A stretch of DNA of 64,000 nt from Botryllus schlosseri (GCA_051294905.1 CM119371.1:28026001-28090000); one strand, 5' to 3'; counted from the stretch's first letter, positions 26,081-39,941 are shown. Notes: generated from the letters alone by a model not told the origin. Translations and numbers: made by a program.

Positions 26081-27139
26081 TAGGGTTGCCATACGTCCGG
26101 AATTTCCTGGACATGTCCGGAATTTCACTGAAAAATCTGCGTCCGGGAGGAATTTCTAAAATATGCCTAAATGTCCGGAATTTTGAAGGCTTGAAGCAGG
26201 CTCAAAAGTTTTTCGTAAATCAACATAAACAATATTATTTTTAAGCTGATTTAAGCTATTCAAAATTGTTCTTCTCGCCGCGCCCGAGTTAATGCAACGT
26301 ATAATGATATTAGTATGGGCACCAGGCACCACCCTCGCCAAAAGATGCTATCAAAATAAATATAAATACCCATCATTTACTGAAAGAAGTCTGATTGCAA
26401 TCACAATTATAAGCCAACGGTATATTCCTAGAGTTGGTTAAGGCCGATTGGATGCTTCAGTCAAAGACGGTGGTTCCAAATCTTGGGGTCGTTCGCCTTT
26501 ATCTGGGGATCGCGATGATGTTGGACGTAATCAGCTTGCTAGGCCGTGAGTAAGTTTAGGCAAGCTGAATTTTTTTAGTAACTGCTTATCAAATTTTGAG
26601 CTTTGCCACGGAACATTTTCAAGTCGGAAATGAGGTCGCGACCATAAAAGGTTGGAAATCACCGGATGTGCAAACTGCTGGTGTATTTTATAGTAGCCTA
26701 ATATATGGAAGAATCAATATTATTGACAGAATTCATACATAAAATTTTAACAGCCAAATGCATATAGTAAGTGCCCAACAACTTACATCGACTACCCAAT
26801 GGTGGGCCCAAGATCAGTGCTTTTTTTAGCGGAAGGGGGCAGAAAAAATGATGTTTCGGACCTGAATAAAACACATAAATAGATAGCCACGCCGATAGGG
26901 CTGTCAAACACAATCATTTGCAGATCCTAGCAAGTAGCAATCAGCAGAGCTCACATTACAGATGGCCCAATTCATGACCTATGTTCCACTCCATTCCTGC
27001 ATAGTGTATACAGTCGATGGGCAATACTTTGCTAGTGTGACGTCACATTGACGATCAATGTGTTACACCTCATTTTAAAATCCGCTAGTGGGCGCTAAAG
27101 ATTGTCCGGAATTTGCTTCATAGAAATATGGTAACCCTA
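26081..27139. mobile_element. hAT MITE (TAGGGTTGCCATA family), with a small nested MITE at about 26469-26665
   Basis: tagggttgccata / tatggtaacccta termini; degenerate 8-bp TSD ggctacat/ggatgcat. Confidence 0.75.
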
Positions 27140-27348
27140 GGATGCATATCAATCCGTTCTCACGGCGCAGGGCCTTAACTGCGCACTGCTATACTACAGA
27201 TTCCCCACTGATCGCTTCAAGTGCCTCTGGCAAAAATTCGTCGAAACTTGAAAGCATTTTTCTGCAAGCACGGATGATATTTGCAACACTTTTCATAACG
27301 TGCAACGGCAAAGTAATGCAACAGTAATGACCAGATCATGGTACGTAA

Positions 27349-30300
27349 CTAAGACTCAGATGGGCAGTACTCGCACACATATTGCGCCTGCAGAGTGACA
27401 ACTTCCGAATTAGTCCGAAATGTGATGACATTTGGATCGGCCCCAGAATATGTCGAAGACCCTGACCCAGACCCTTCAAAAGTAACTCCGGTTTCCTCGA
27501 CGTAGGGCGACGTGATAGGCACTCCTCGATCATCAACCCCTGCGAGCCAAACTGCAACTCCGGGGTCGTACAAAGTCAACCAAACATCGCCCTCCAATCC
27601 GAGAAGATCGACGAACAGCGCTCTGGGATTGGAACAGGCTTCATTCACGGCGTGACGTCAAACAGATTGCGTCACTCACTTGCGACCAGCCGCGCTCCTC
27701 GCGTTTTTATTAGCGAGAACGGTGCCTGACGCCTGGCAAGCAGCGAATGCTTCAACGTAACTATTAGGGCTGTCCCCGACCTCGTAGCAACATCCTTCGT
27801 ATTTAATCCAGCTCTGCAACTCTGCCTGAAACAGTACAGTTGCGACAATCACGAAATACAGCGCGAGACAAAATCATTTACCGGGGCCCCGGCTCCGCAC
27901 GTCTCCGGCTCCGGTTCTGCTGTTGTTGTCGTCGTCACGGTCGTTGCCCTCTCTGTCGCCGCTGGCGTCGTGGTCTTCAGCGTTGGCGTCGTGGTCGTCC
28001 GTGGCGAGAGCAGCCCTGCAGAAAGGGACGCAAGGTGAGCTTACTTTCCTCTGCTCATATTTTGTTGAATCTCTACTATGATACATTACATCTGCCCAAA
28101 AGCCCGCCCGCTATCCGAGCTCAATTGTGACAATTAATACCCGCAAGGGTTCGCAAGAGGCTCGCCCGACGCGACGACGAAAGCGAACAATAGACACTTA
28201 CGTGACCTTTGACACGAACCAATCAGGTTGCAGCAGGATGTAAACAAAGAACAAGGCCGGGCAAGCTTACTATGAGCGCTTATGGAAGAGCGTTGAAAAA
28301 TGAAGGTTTTTAGCAAAATTACATTGAATTGGGAATAGCTGACTTTGGTGAATGATAATAACGTAGAGCTAGTATGTATTTGCAGTGTTCTAACCTACAA
28401 TAAACATGAATGGTGGCAAGCACTCGTCAGCATGGTATGTCCAAATAAATGGATTTCTGACAACTTTTCGGATGAAGCAACTATTGCTGTATTATCCTTA
28501 GTCGTATACTATACTATAGGACTGTCGTACCGAATAGCATGTATTAGATTAATCTTGAGTCAGGATATGTGGGGTATTCATTATGTGGGCTTTGCGTTAT
28601 CTGCGTTCTATTTATGGAATCGTATATAGTACAGTCCACATCATTATCTAGCAAATTACTGTTACACTGGACACTTACTTGTCTGCATATTCAATGATCA
28701 TATTAATATGATAGGCAATATGATCCGTTCCCAGCTGAAATCGTCATTTTTTGTTCTAGCTCATGTATTGAATCAATCAGGACAAATGCCGGATAAACAC
28801 TGTGCTAATAGCCTGTGTAACTTGGAGATGGCTACTCAGACCGTTCCTGGTGTGCGCTTGTACCTTTCCCAGAGCCAATAACATGCATGGAAGAATGTAA
28901 AATCTGGATAAAGGCATGTGGACTTCCTTGTAGTCATCTGAATTCTCATTTTATTCATAAAATGACATATCTATTATTGTACCAAAAATATTGAATCGTG
29001 ACATAATTAAGATGAAATAATTCTGTGTTTCAGAATGAATCTAATCTGAAATGCAGTCAAACTTGATGCCACAATCGACTTGGTGTGTGTCTCGTTTTAT
29101 TCCACAGCTTTGCTGCATGATGGTGTGGTTTGAAATTGTTGAGAGCAATATATTCAATAATGAGATGAATAGTTGAAATTGGTAGCGGTGATACGTTGCA
29201 TGAGTCGGACGAGTACGCCTTGATAGGTGCCTGCACAGCAGTGTTGCTCTGTAAAATAAACATATTATATATTTTGTGCAGGCGTGATGGATATCTTTAA
29301 TGAAGCTGCAGAAAGAGGAAGTCGATGGATAAAACGCAAGAAAATCAAATTTCTGGAAGAAGTAGAAGCACAAAACAGGAAACTCGTACAGGAAAATTAC
29401 AAATTGACGGACAATTATTGCTAGTGAAGTTCAGTTCTCAGATGAGCATCATAATGTCAAAAGATGCGGAGAAGCTGAAATTTTATGCTAGACTACAATA
29501 AATTCTTTCTGAATTGCCCAACTTATCCTACTGACGTCAAATTTATAGTAGGCCTATTGCTGTCAGCTTCATTAAATTTCGATTTGGCCATGTAGATATG
29601 TGGTTCTTAAAAATGCACCATTTGCATTCATTCATGATTTCTCAAAACTAAAATGATTACTGACTGTCAATAAATCACATACAACTTTGAAAGGATTGAT
29701 GGATTGTGGTGCACTTACGTTTGTGCAGGAACTGTTCACAGAGACCATTTCAGATCGAAATATTAGTGAAATATGTGGGCTCGACAAGAAATGTGAGAAA
29801 ATGATGGAATTCAGCTATGGTGAACCAGGAAATGCTATCATGGCAGAAAAGTGATTCACCATTGAGTCTGAAATCAAGAAATTGAATCTAGATTTAAATA
29901 TTCCTGCACATGATTTGTATGCCTGAGCCAGACTGTTCCACAACCAGAAAGATGGTGAGACAACGTATTCATATTGAACAGCTGATCGGAAGAATCAACA
30001 AGTATAAAATTTTGTCTGGTGTCCTACTATGCAGCATTGTGTATCAACTAACCAAATATGGACTAATTGCTTACTCTAATTCAAGATTGAAAATTAAAAA
30101 TGAATGATACAGCATATTCAGCAATTGTGAAAATTCAGTTCCATTGTGAATATCGTAATGCCTAACAGCATGCTACGGATCGTAATTGTGCGGTGCCATG
30201 GTCAATGTGTACCAACAGTGCATGTCTATTCATACTATATTCCAGTGGTTTGCATTGAAGCTCATTTAGATGCCCAATTTGTTGAATGAACAATTCTCCA

Positions 30301-32851
30301 GGTGAAAATGTTGCAGGATTATGTGTGTTCGGTGGAATGTTATAAAACTGAAGACACCACATACGCACCAAAATCTACCTTGAGGCAGGAGTTGATCGGT
30401 TGCGAGTACGGTCGAGAGATGGCTTGTCAATCACGATCGAGCTCACTGATGCTGATGCAAATCACAATGCAGTCCTTGTAGCTTCAGGTGCTGGATTGTC
30501 TTAATCAATGCATATGCATGAGAGCATATATCAGAACCTAATGTGAAAATAAATCATGGTTACAATATCTATTGCAGGAGTCTCTGACAAAATGTCTTTT
30601 TTCTTACTTACCCTGTCTTACAAGTGCAAGACGAATCAATAATGGATTTTCTGAGAATGTGTATTTCCATTGAGTGTGATATCTCTCTTTTCCGTAAGTT
30701 GCGATAACATTGGCTGTTCACTAGAATAACACTTCCACAAAGAGTGAATTGTCTCCTCAATCTTTGTCCCTAAGTCGGGTACATAGCGCTCCATGAAATA
30801 CTTCGTAGCTTTCTCCGCGGTGTTAGAAGAAGATGCTGTTCCACTCAAATCCAGAAATTCGATATAATCTCCATAGCTTTCATGTTTCATAATCAATACA
30901 CTAAAATTGTGATGTGTGGCAGAAGCTGTATTTTATAGCATATATTTCTGAACATGAGATATAATATAATTTCGCTTTAGACCTGGAGCCTATGAAATCG
31001 TCAACATATGCATTACCACAATCCTATAGTATAGTATATAACAATCGTCGCTTAATCCGAAAAGTTGTCAAAAATCCATGCATTTGAACACAGCACGCGT
31101 ACGCTGATGCGTACTTGCCACCATTCATGTTCATCCAAGACTAAAAGCTGCAACTACATACTAGCTCTACGCTATTAGTATTCATTAAGGCCAGTCATCC
31201 CCAATTCAACGTAATTTTGCTTAAAACCTTCATTTTTCAACCTTTTCCCATAAGAGCTCATAGTAAGCTTGCCCGGCCTTGTTCTTTGTTTACATCCTGC
31301 TGCAACCTGATTGGTTCGTGTCAAAGGTCACGTAAGTGTCTATTGCATTCATTACAAACATGCAACTCCTGGGTTTTTCCACCCATATCTGTTTTTTTAG
31401 CATCACCTGTGTTTCTCGGTTTTTATCCTTGAAATCTGGGTTTTTTTCAACTTCATGTTCGTCAGGTCAGTTTTACGCTCGAAATTTGGTTATTGGATTA
31501 TATAGTAAGATCGTGAAATGCACGTATTGCAGTTCGTTATTGTCGATGAATTTTGCTATTATTGTAACGATATAGTCTTGAGAGACTGATTCAATACTAA
31601 AATGAGAGGCCTCGGCGTGATGTGACGAATCTTCGTTGAACAGCACCTTTTAGGCCGAAAAAGTCATGTTCGTAAGGCAAACTCATTCGAAACACCGTCT
31701 TACAACCTCGCCACCTCAATGAGGCGCGTAAGCGGTGTATTACAAAGTTACGGAAAATAATGAACAATATCGGCCTGGTGTAAATGACGATAGCAGTCGA
31801 CAAACACCGCGAATACCACAAACAAACAATCCGTCTTGCAATTTGAAACGATTTAGGTCAGGACTTCGATGCTATAGTATCACTCAAACAAATTCGTAGT
31901 GTAGCGATGAGTAGTTTTATCTATGGTATGCACCTGGGTTGGGTAGACCATGGGAGGATTGCTATCTAATTCTATTTAGCTCCAACAGACACACCAGTCC
32001 CAGTAGTATGTTATTCAGTGGCTGCGTTGGCCGTTGGTTGTCAGCACATTAGAATACACCCTGAATTTCATGACTTGGCAGTTAGTTTTTCGGCTAAACA
32101 TGCGTCTGTGTCATTATCCCAGATAAAAGTGATGTTTCCCGGATTAAATTATAGAAAGTTACTTTCAATCTGGGTCACTGAAAATATACGAAAATCCCCG
32201 TAAGAAATAGGGAATGGATGGCATTCTTACGAGCTTTCTGAGCGCAATGGTATAATTAATACAGTAATAACTATTGAAGCGGCTCACCAGTTCTTTCATA
32301 GCAATGCGTCGAGAGGAAAACGGCATATTTTTTGTTGGATTTGGCCTTTTAACCGAGCAAAATGTATAATATGAACTGTTGCAAATTCAATGATATATGC
32401 TCCTATGACCGTACGATGACTGTTAGGTCCCATGCAGTTTCACAGCTATTCTATATAATTTTGAGTGAAATATAGAATCTGGGGTTTTCTGGGTTTATTC
32501 GGCCTCCATATCTGGGATTTTCCGAAATAACCGAGGTGCATCTCTGATTCATTACTCACTCAGCCAAACTTGTGCTCGCAGATAGTCGACCAGCAGTCTC
32601 TGTAAGCGGCTCTGTGGCCTGCGTGTAGTTGACCCGTATTGATAAGCAGGGGTGTATGCAGGAGAATATCTTGGAACTACCCTGTACTGAAATAAGTCGT
32701 TCATTACAAATCAGAACTTGGGTCTCACACGCGCACAGACACTCACCACTGCATGTCTGCTTTCGGGCCTATTCGGTTCGGCGCTAGAGACGAACCTGAA
32801 AGCGACAAACGCGACCGCTGTCATGACGATAAAACTTGCCACAGATCTCAT
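27349..32851 (-). CDS. Secreted tandem C-type-lectin-domain protein with a Thr-rich linker, possibly a pseudogene; exons 32851-32747, 32681-32560, (28160-28045, decayed), 28015-27882, 27825-27680, 27622-27349
   Basis: Signal peptide MRSVASFIVMTAVAFVAFRFVSSA; linker TTTTPTLKTTTPAATERATTVTTTTT; CTL motifs WIKYEGCCY..SYVEAFAACQASGTVLA..DVWL..YVCE. GT-AG introns of 65, 56 and 57 nt with compatible phases. Confidence 0.7.
28188..31345 (+). mobile_element. Degenerate ISL2EU/PIF-Harbinger-type DNA transposon
   Basis: Long TIRs beginning caatagacacttacgtgacc. THAP-like start MPDKHCANSLCN..CKIWIKACG near 28786. DDE relics (TTLKGL..ISD..EPGNAIMAEK.F..RIHIEQLIGRINKYKIL) at 29680-30060. Convergent second-ORF relic at 30636-30896. 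Confidence 0.8.
31355..32546. mobile_element. hAT-type non-autonomous element
   Basis: 8-bp TSD attcatta; imperfect TIR caaacatgcaactc / gaggtgcatctctg. Confidence 0.85.
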
Positions 32852-34739
32852 GTCGAACGCAATCTCAACTTGACGATTTCAAACCTGACTCTGCGTCAAA
32901 CTATTCCGCGCTGACAAGTCGAACAGCCAGCAGCGTTCAAGTGAGTTTGAAATTATCGTGCTGCAGATACTAATCCGGAGCACAACTCTCGTTTAACGGC
33001 TTTTTTTCTGATGACTTGTCTTGGCCTGCCTGACGGGCATATCGTGCAAAATGCCAAAATGCAGCGTTCTCTGCCAGATATATCGCAGATATCTCCTGCG
33101 AGTTTACAAACATGGTAAACAATGGGAGTCGATGGGACCATCTGATCATCTGACCAATGACCATCTGAGTCATTGCATTGGCTCTAATTGAACTTTGCTT
33201 CGATTGTTTGCTAATATAATTGAAAAGTCTTGAGTACTTTGATTGCGGAAGATTTATTACCTATAGATGTGAGAAGATAACGAACTGGCCATGAAATGGT
33301 GACCAGCCGTGATGAATTCGCATGGCCGGCTATGGGATATCTGTGGCCGGCCACAAAAAATCTGTGGCCAGAAACTGGCCACGAAAAGCTGAGACCCCTA
33401 CTGGACGGTGGGCTGGCTAGCGCTCGATTAGACAAATACTGATCGTAAAATGCCGCTCGGCAACAATATTTAGTTATCGTGTGTTCCTAATAGCTCTATT
33501 ATTGAGCTATTCTGTCGCACAACGATAGCGAGGGTAAACTTCGATTAGATCGGCAAATGTGCACTACGTTAAAAAAGTGAGAGGTATTCATTATTTCAAT
33601 AAAATTGAGATCTGATATCAGGGCGAACTAGCCGTCAGGTAACTGACATCGACAGATGTCGCTGTAATTTACATCTTAGCCTTGGAATAACGGTGACGTA
33701 ATACGTAGGATTGGGCCAACATCATAGCTTCTTCAAGAAACTTTTGCAGCCTGTGAAAATCGTCCTCCTTCACGTATCGCAAAATATGGTAACCCTGTAT
33801 AAAGTCTTTTTGTTGACATAAGGGGGCATTACACGCTACGATTTACTCCTTTTTGCGATTCTCATGTTCCAGTTTTGTGTTATTTATTTCAACTTCGATT
33901 GGCATTCCTTTCGGGCGGTCGATGTTGCTTTATCGTGCGTTACCTGATTACACTTGTCAACACATATTTTTAGGCAGACAAACTTCAGTGGTTTTGGGGG
34001 TTCTGAAGTGCACTGATTCCGAATATAACCTTAGTTTTTCTGAAATTGTCGCTTGTTTTGGACAAAACCACATATGTGCTATATTTTGACTAAAATCTCA
34101 TATGTTCGCTGTATGGGCTGATGGGAAAGACCTCATTCGCATTATTGTTGTATTATTGTTTTTATACTCTGACGACTGTTTTGAAACAAAATACAGCAAC
34201 ATCATTATATTCAGGGTATTAGATTTGTCCGAGTTGAAGACTTTCACGGATATCATGTATCTACAATTGTACATGAATAAACTCCAATTATATATATATA
34301 TATATAGGCTATACGTATCTAGCTAAATAATCAATTAAAATTGCATTATTTCTATCAGTTTTATGCCAACTATATTGCAAATTCAAAATAATCAGTTGCA
34401 GACATGGGGTAATCACGATTAGTAATCGTAATCGATTACGACGATTACAGCATTTTGAAGTAATCGTAATCGCAATCGATTACATTCGAAAAAATTCCGA
34501 AGTAATCGTAATCGACTATTTCACAGATCTAATCGATTTCTTTGTGAAATTACGATTACTTCGTATTTGCACAACGACTGTGACATGAACGGAACAGTGA
34601 ACATTCCTGAACAATACGATATCATTCCATGTTATTGATAGTAGAAACGCCGGATTTTCAAATGCCACTGCCCATTATTATGTTGCAAATATTGGCTTTG
34701 CTCGTCATTGCGTAGCGAATTATCCAAACGTAGTAAATA

Positions 34740-35195
34740 GACAGCACAGGCCGCTGAAACTGAAACTGACCTAACGGTGCTGGAACACTATCAGGCCGTG
34801 GCAATGAACTCTGCCATTGGCAGGCATTTAGCTGAGCATGCTACTTGCGCGGTTGCGCCAATAACTATAATGACGACAGATTCTCGATTTTGGGTAGAGG
34901 CCGCACACTTTTCCACTTGTCCGCGCTGCAATCGAAATTCATTAGGATCCATCAACCACCCTTATGCCAGCAAAAGGAGCGTTTGCTTCAGCTAAAAATT
35001 GGCCACTAGCTGCACTCGCGGTTTGTCTGCACTTGATGTTGTTTTGTTTCTATGACGTCACTATTGGCTGTATGCAATGTAGTTATATGCAAGTTTTTGA
35101 AATTTTCTTTATGCCGACGATTACCCTTGAAGAGTGTTGGCTCGAAAAGCTTCGGGTTTTAATATATTTGTAATATGAATATATTATTAAAATGT
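34740..35195 (+). mobile_element. Penelope-like 3' fragment (GIY-YIG relic plus pLTR)
   Basis: NSAIGRHLAEHATCA is homologous to the 22004-22234 peptide and is followed by a hammerhead-like motif. Confidence 0.75.
35123..35157 (+). ncRNA. Minimal hammerhead-ribozyme-like motif
   Basis: ACCC-TTGAAGA-GTGTTGGCTC-GAAA-AGCT-TC-GGGT, with palindromic AAGCTT at stem III. Confidence 0.6.
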
Positions 35196-35616
35196 ATAAA
35201 TAGCTATTCGATGTACGTATTTGTGTGATTGTAACATAAGAAGAACACCGCCCATGCCTTGTATCAGGTTATCAATACACTCAGTAAGCCACTACCTCGC
35301 TGCTGGATAATAATCACAACTCCAGCTAGTTTCAAATAGTAACGTATGTAGTGATGTTTGGTTGGTTATGCTTAGTCAAAGGCAGTTTGACCGTTACTGC
35401 TTGGAGAACAGTAGGCCTATTTGCGCACACCGGACAAAGATTTGAAATTTTGTACTCGTCAAATCGGACATGACGATTTCCCTATCGAAGTATTAAAAAC
35501 CACCGGCTGCTGATACATATCATAACCGAGTCTTTATTTGCCGCAATATCTTTATTTGAACAAGTGGTACAGAACTTCAGAATAACGCGAAACAATAACT
35601 TCATATTGTTAATTTA

Positions 35617-35656
35617 TTCGCTAAAAGCTTTTCGACTAAATCTCATCAGTAGCGAA
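35617..35656 (-). ncRNA. Minimal type I hammerhead ribozyme with a canonical core
   Basis: TTCGCTA-CTGATGA-GAT TTA GTC-GAAA-AGCT-TT-TAGCGAA. It lies in a ~255-bp unit with inverted ends (35583-35607 / 35811-35836). Confidence 0.75.
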
Positions 35657-38117
35657 CGTTAGTGATTGGGTGAATCAAATTCGAAATGTAAGAACTATTT
35701 TGTCTGTATGACGTAATATTAACAAAAACAAACAACTAGTAGACGGGCAAGATACGGTAGTAACGGTACAAACCAAACGTTAACGAGTACATATTCGGTT
35801 ATTTATAACCGAATATGAAGTTATTGTTTCGCGTTAATATCTTTATTGTAGGCAGAATTTTATGTTCACTTTCTTATTCTCATATGTTTCGTAAGGTACT
35901 GCTAGACTCACAAAATTTTCAAATTGCGATATTTTATAAACAGTAAATGCTAGATTCCCAAATATTGGTGTGTAAGCTATTCACACTCAATTTCATATGC
36001 TGTAGAAATTTCAGCATTTCACATTGATTCCTTGGGCCCAAATTGGGAGGGGGATTGGTAAATCGGATGGTTGGCACGAGGAAACGCCTGTCTTATCCAT
36101 GAATGCTAAGAGATTCTAAGCAATGCTTTATAAAGTGTCCTGAGGCCTCTAAGTACCTGCTGAAATGCGTGAAACTTCCGATTTTAACAAAAATTTTACG
36201 AAATATTTGTTTGGTACTAGTACGGTGCCGAATTTTGGTAGTGGTAATTGCATATATTACTATTCAATTTTGATCCTCTTTCAGCCCTATGGTTAGATAT
36301 GCCTGTTGAGCTGGGAAAGTTCGTGTCGTCAAAAATTTAGGGCGCATAATATAATTACACCATCTTCGGGCGGGCCTATTTCGTAACATCCTGTCTGCTG
36401 TATAGTCAAAAGATATTGAAGTAACCCAAACGTAGCAGCCTATAAGAAAACGAAATAAAATCTTTTGTGAGTCGCACACACAAATTGTCACTTCTTCGCG
36501 GGGCGCATCATTTTCCTCTGTGGGTGCCCCGGGTGACATTTATATTGGGAGGACCTGATTAAGAGCAAGAAAAGATTATTAGTCAAGCACATCCGGCACG
36601 GGTATGGACAATGGATGCATACACAAGGTTTCGGCCACGGTACACTTCGTGAATTCACATGTTGACCGAAATTGCATATGCCTTGATGTGTCGTGGCACA
36701 GTAATGACTCGCGCCGAAATGGCTACTTCTATTTCTATAAATAATGAATATTTTTCTCGAGCGCGAGAGGTATGCATTTCAAAATCCAGATATTAAGCGA
36801 CATTCAATCGCAAAGCGCGAAGAGAATTTTCAATTTGATTAAACCTCTCAAAAATACTCTATTATATTTGTGGATTTACAAAATAATTTTGTGTTCCGTC
36901 GAGCTTTCTCTCCACCCTAGTTGAAGTTTTGGTTACGGCCCAGGCTAGAATGCATATCGTTGTGTGCGAGAAATCGTCCGCTATCGGGTTGAGTAATGGG
37001 TATAGTATGGCGTACATGGTAAATGACGTCATGATGACACATTTAAAAAGAAAGTTGATCTCTCATGAGACCTTCATCGCAATCGTTATATTATTTCCCA
37101 ATATGTGTTCAAAGATATATGTAATCGTGAGTAATCGTGATTACTTTTTCATTGTAATCGTAATCGTAATCGACTACTTCCATATTTTGCTGTAATCGTA
37201 ATCGTAATCGTGATCGTGGGATTCACAAGTAATCGTAATCGCAATCGATTACATTCATGAAGTAATCACCCCAGCATGTCTGATCAGTTGCAATATAATA
37301 TTAATAAGTTCATCTCATCGTTCCTGATATATTTCTTTTGTTGTTTTGAGATCAAGTCAAGAGATATGAGACGCATATGAGTATTGTATAGTTAGGCTCT
37401 TCATGGACATAATTGATAGAGATATACTCCTCTTTCACCTATGTAGAATGAACAACTGCTACAAGAAAAATACATTTTTGTTGTGCAGAACTACAATTTT
37501 TATAGGATTGAAAAACTACTTTTTTGATAAACAAAGCTATCGAATTATGTCATGTTCATATTTATTGAATAACGGATGACGACGTGAGGGTTATTTATAT
37601 AGTCAATTATCTATTCATTCGGAGCTTAAAGATAATAAATGTACTATTTACTTCCTACCAAGTAGAATATTTAAGGGGTTAAATACAGTAATGTCGCTTT
37701 TTATGGGTATACGTATCTCCTAAAGTAGAGCCAATCTGGTGAGAATAATGTGATATTCGTGATCCGCAACCTCAAAAACCCCGAAAGTACTTCTATAGAT
37801 GTTCTGCCAAAAACAAAATCCATTTTGTTGATCACATTTTATCGTCTGAAAATCAGTCTCGCTACAAAACTCTTCATTCTCTTATCTCTAACTACCGCTA
37901 AATTGTATTTGCGTTGTATTTGAAATTGGTCTATGATACTGTGTATTATTTTTACTTTCGTTCGTTAGTTTATTTTGATTTTTTTTTTCATTAGTTATCG
38001 ACTGTGAAAATTGCTCCTGTCCCGGGTGGCTCGGCTCTGAAGTCTATGTCATATCTAGCCTCCCGTCTATACCTTGCATGTCGCATTTCACTGTTACATT
38101 TTTGTAGTGTTATGTTG

Positions 38118-39355
38118 ATCAAATATTATTTGACAAGACACATGAAAATCCATGCCACGTCGAAGGAATTTGAGTGCGACATATGCGGTAAAAGTTTTTT
38201 GAAAAGGCCTTACCTAACAAGTCATCTCTCGTTCCATGCAGCAAAGAAAAATCATAAGTGCGACATATGCGCCAGATCATTCAATTTCAAATCGAGCTTG
38301 AGAAATCACATGAAAATTCATGCCGGGGTGAAAGAGTTCGAGTGTGAAATATGCGGGACAGGATTTGTAAGGAAGGCTCTTCTAAAAACACATTATTTGA
38401 GTCATACTTGGACGAAAGATGGCAAGTTTCAGGTATGAAGCAAAGATTTCGCCCAGAAATCCTATCTGAAACTGCATTATTTGATTCATGCGAAGGCGAA
38501 GGATTATGAGTGTTATATCTGCGGAAAATCTTTTCGAGAAAATTCCAGCCTGGAAAAACATTATTCGATTCATACTGGAGCAAACGACTACGAGTGTCAA
38601 ATATGTGGAAAGGGTTTCAAAACAAGATCTCAACTGAAACGTCATTATTTGATTCACCGATTCCCACCGATCATTAGGAACATCCGTGCAAATTTTGTGG
38701 GAAAACGTTTCTTAAGAAGTCGTATGTTATGGCGCACATCAAGATGATACACTCGAATACCAGAGAATATGAGTGCGATATATGCGCGAAAGCTTTTGTG
38801 CACGAGTCTCACCTAAAGTATCATTATTCTTCCGTCCACATGGAAATGAACTACCAGTGCGAGGTATGTGGTAAGCCATTCAATCTCAAATCCAGTATGG
38901 TTAGCCACATGAAAATTCATGTCGGATTGAAAGAGTTTGAGTGCGATGTGTGTGCGAAATCATTCGTAGAAGAATCCCACATGAGATCACACATGAAATG
39001 TCACACCGGATTGAAAGATTTTGTATGCGAGATTTGTGGTAAAGCATTCCGTTCGAGGTCGTACATTAAGATACACATGTAGTCGACTCACTTACAGACA
39101 AAAAGATATGAGTGCAATATATGCGGGAATGCCTTTCGACAAATGACCAACCTAATAGGTCACTGTACCGTCCACACGGAAAAGCAATACGAATGTGAAG
39201 TATGTGGAAAAATATTCAATCTCATATCCAACTCGATAAGGCACAGCAAGATTCATTTGGGAGTAAAAAAGCATGAGTGCGACATATGCGGGAGGACATT
39301 CAGTGAAAAGAGTTCTCTCGTTCGTCACTTACGAATCCACGGAAGCGACGGGTAG
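38118..39355 (+). pseudogene. C2H2 zinc-finger pseudogene, paralog of the 15331 and 59624 genes
   Basis: Four ORF pieces in different frames and a TAG at 39080-39082. The 5' end is replaced by a repeat that recurs inverted at about 48960-49075. Confidence 0.9.
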
Positions 39356-39367
39356 TAAGGATGCGAC

Positions 39368-39941
39368 CAGGGTTGTAACCAAGTCACAAGGCTCCGAGTC
39401 ACAAGTCAATCTCACTTTTATAGTTTTGACTCGAGTCAAGTCGAGTCATTTCAATTCACCCCCGAGTCAAGTCCAAGTCAGCGAGCAGAGGGTCGAGTCC
39501 GAGTCATGGAATTATGACTCGAGTCCGAGTCCGAGTTATTGTGTAGACTGCTCAGTTTCAAGTTAACATCTTGGTAAACCCACTTTTTATATCTCTGTTT
39601 GATGATATCGAATGTGTCGCATTTATAATATACCAATTTTCCTCACTTTTAGCAGTTTCTGGTCGCACATTCAAGTACCAATACCAACAGACGAAATCCT
39701 AATAGTGTGTTGGCTTCGGAATTACAATGAAATGTCGGTCTTGGCAGTCTGAGTCTCGAGTCAATGACTTGGTTCGAGTCATGCGCAATGACTCGAGTCC
39801 AAGTCGAGTCAATACACATACTGACTCGAGTCGAGTCATTTCCGTACTTTGAAAAATGAACACGAGTCAAGTCGAGTCATCAGAAAATCGTGACTGGAGT
39901 CGTACCCGAGTCGAGTCATGACTCGAGTCATTACAACCCTG
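39368..39941. mobile_element. hAT MITE with GACTCGAGTC subterminal repeats, in the zinc-finger 3' flank
   Basis: cagggttgtaa / ttacaaccctg termini; perfect TSD gatgcgac; paralogous 3' flanks lack the insertion. Confidence 0.92.

Larger units (their letters stand above)
34399..37282. mobile_element. hAT MITE with gtaatc subterminal repeats, carrying nested insertions
   Basis: cagacatg / catgtctg termini; 8-bp TSD atcagttg. Confidence 0.9.

Noticed and set aside
27874..28086. Asp-rich 70-aa ORF
   Set aside because: It is an alternative frame of the Thr-rich lectin exon; only the Thr frame splices in phase to the CTL exon.
33950..37840. Possible Chapaev/Transib-like outer element around the 34399 MITE
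   Set aside because: Only weak subterminal inverted similarity; ends and TSD could not be defined.
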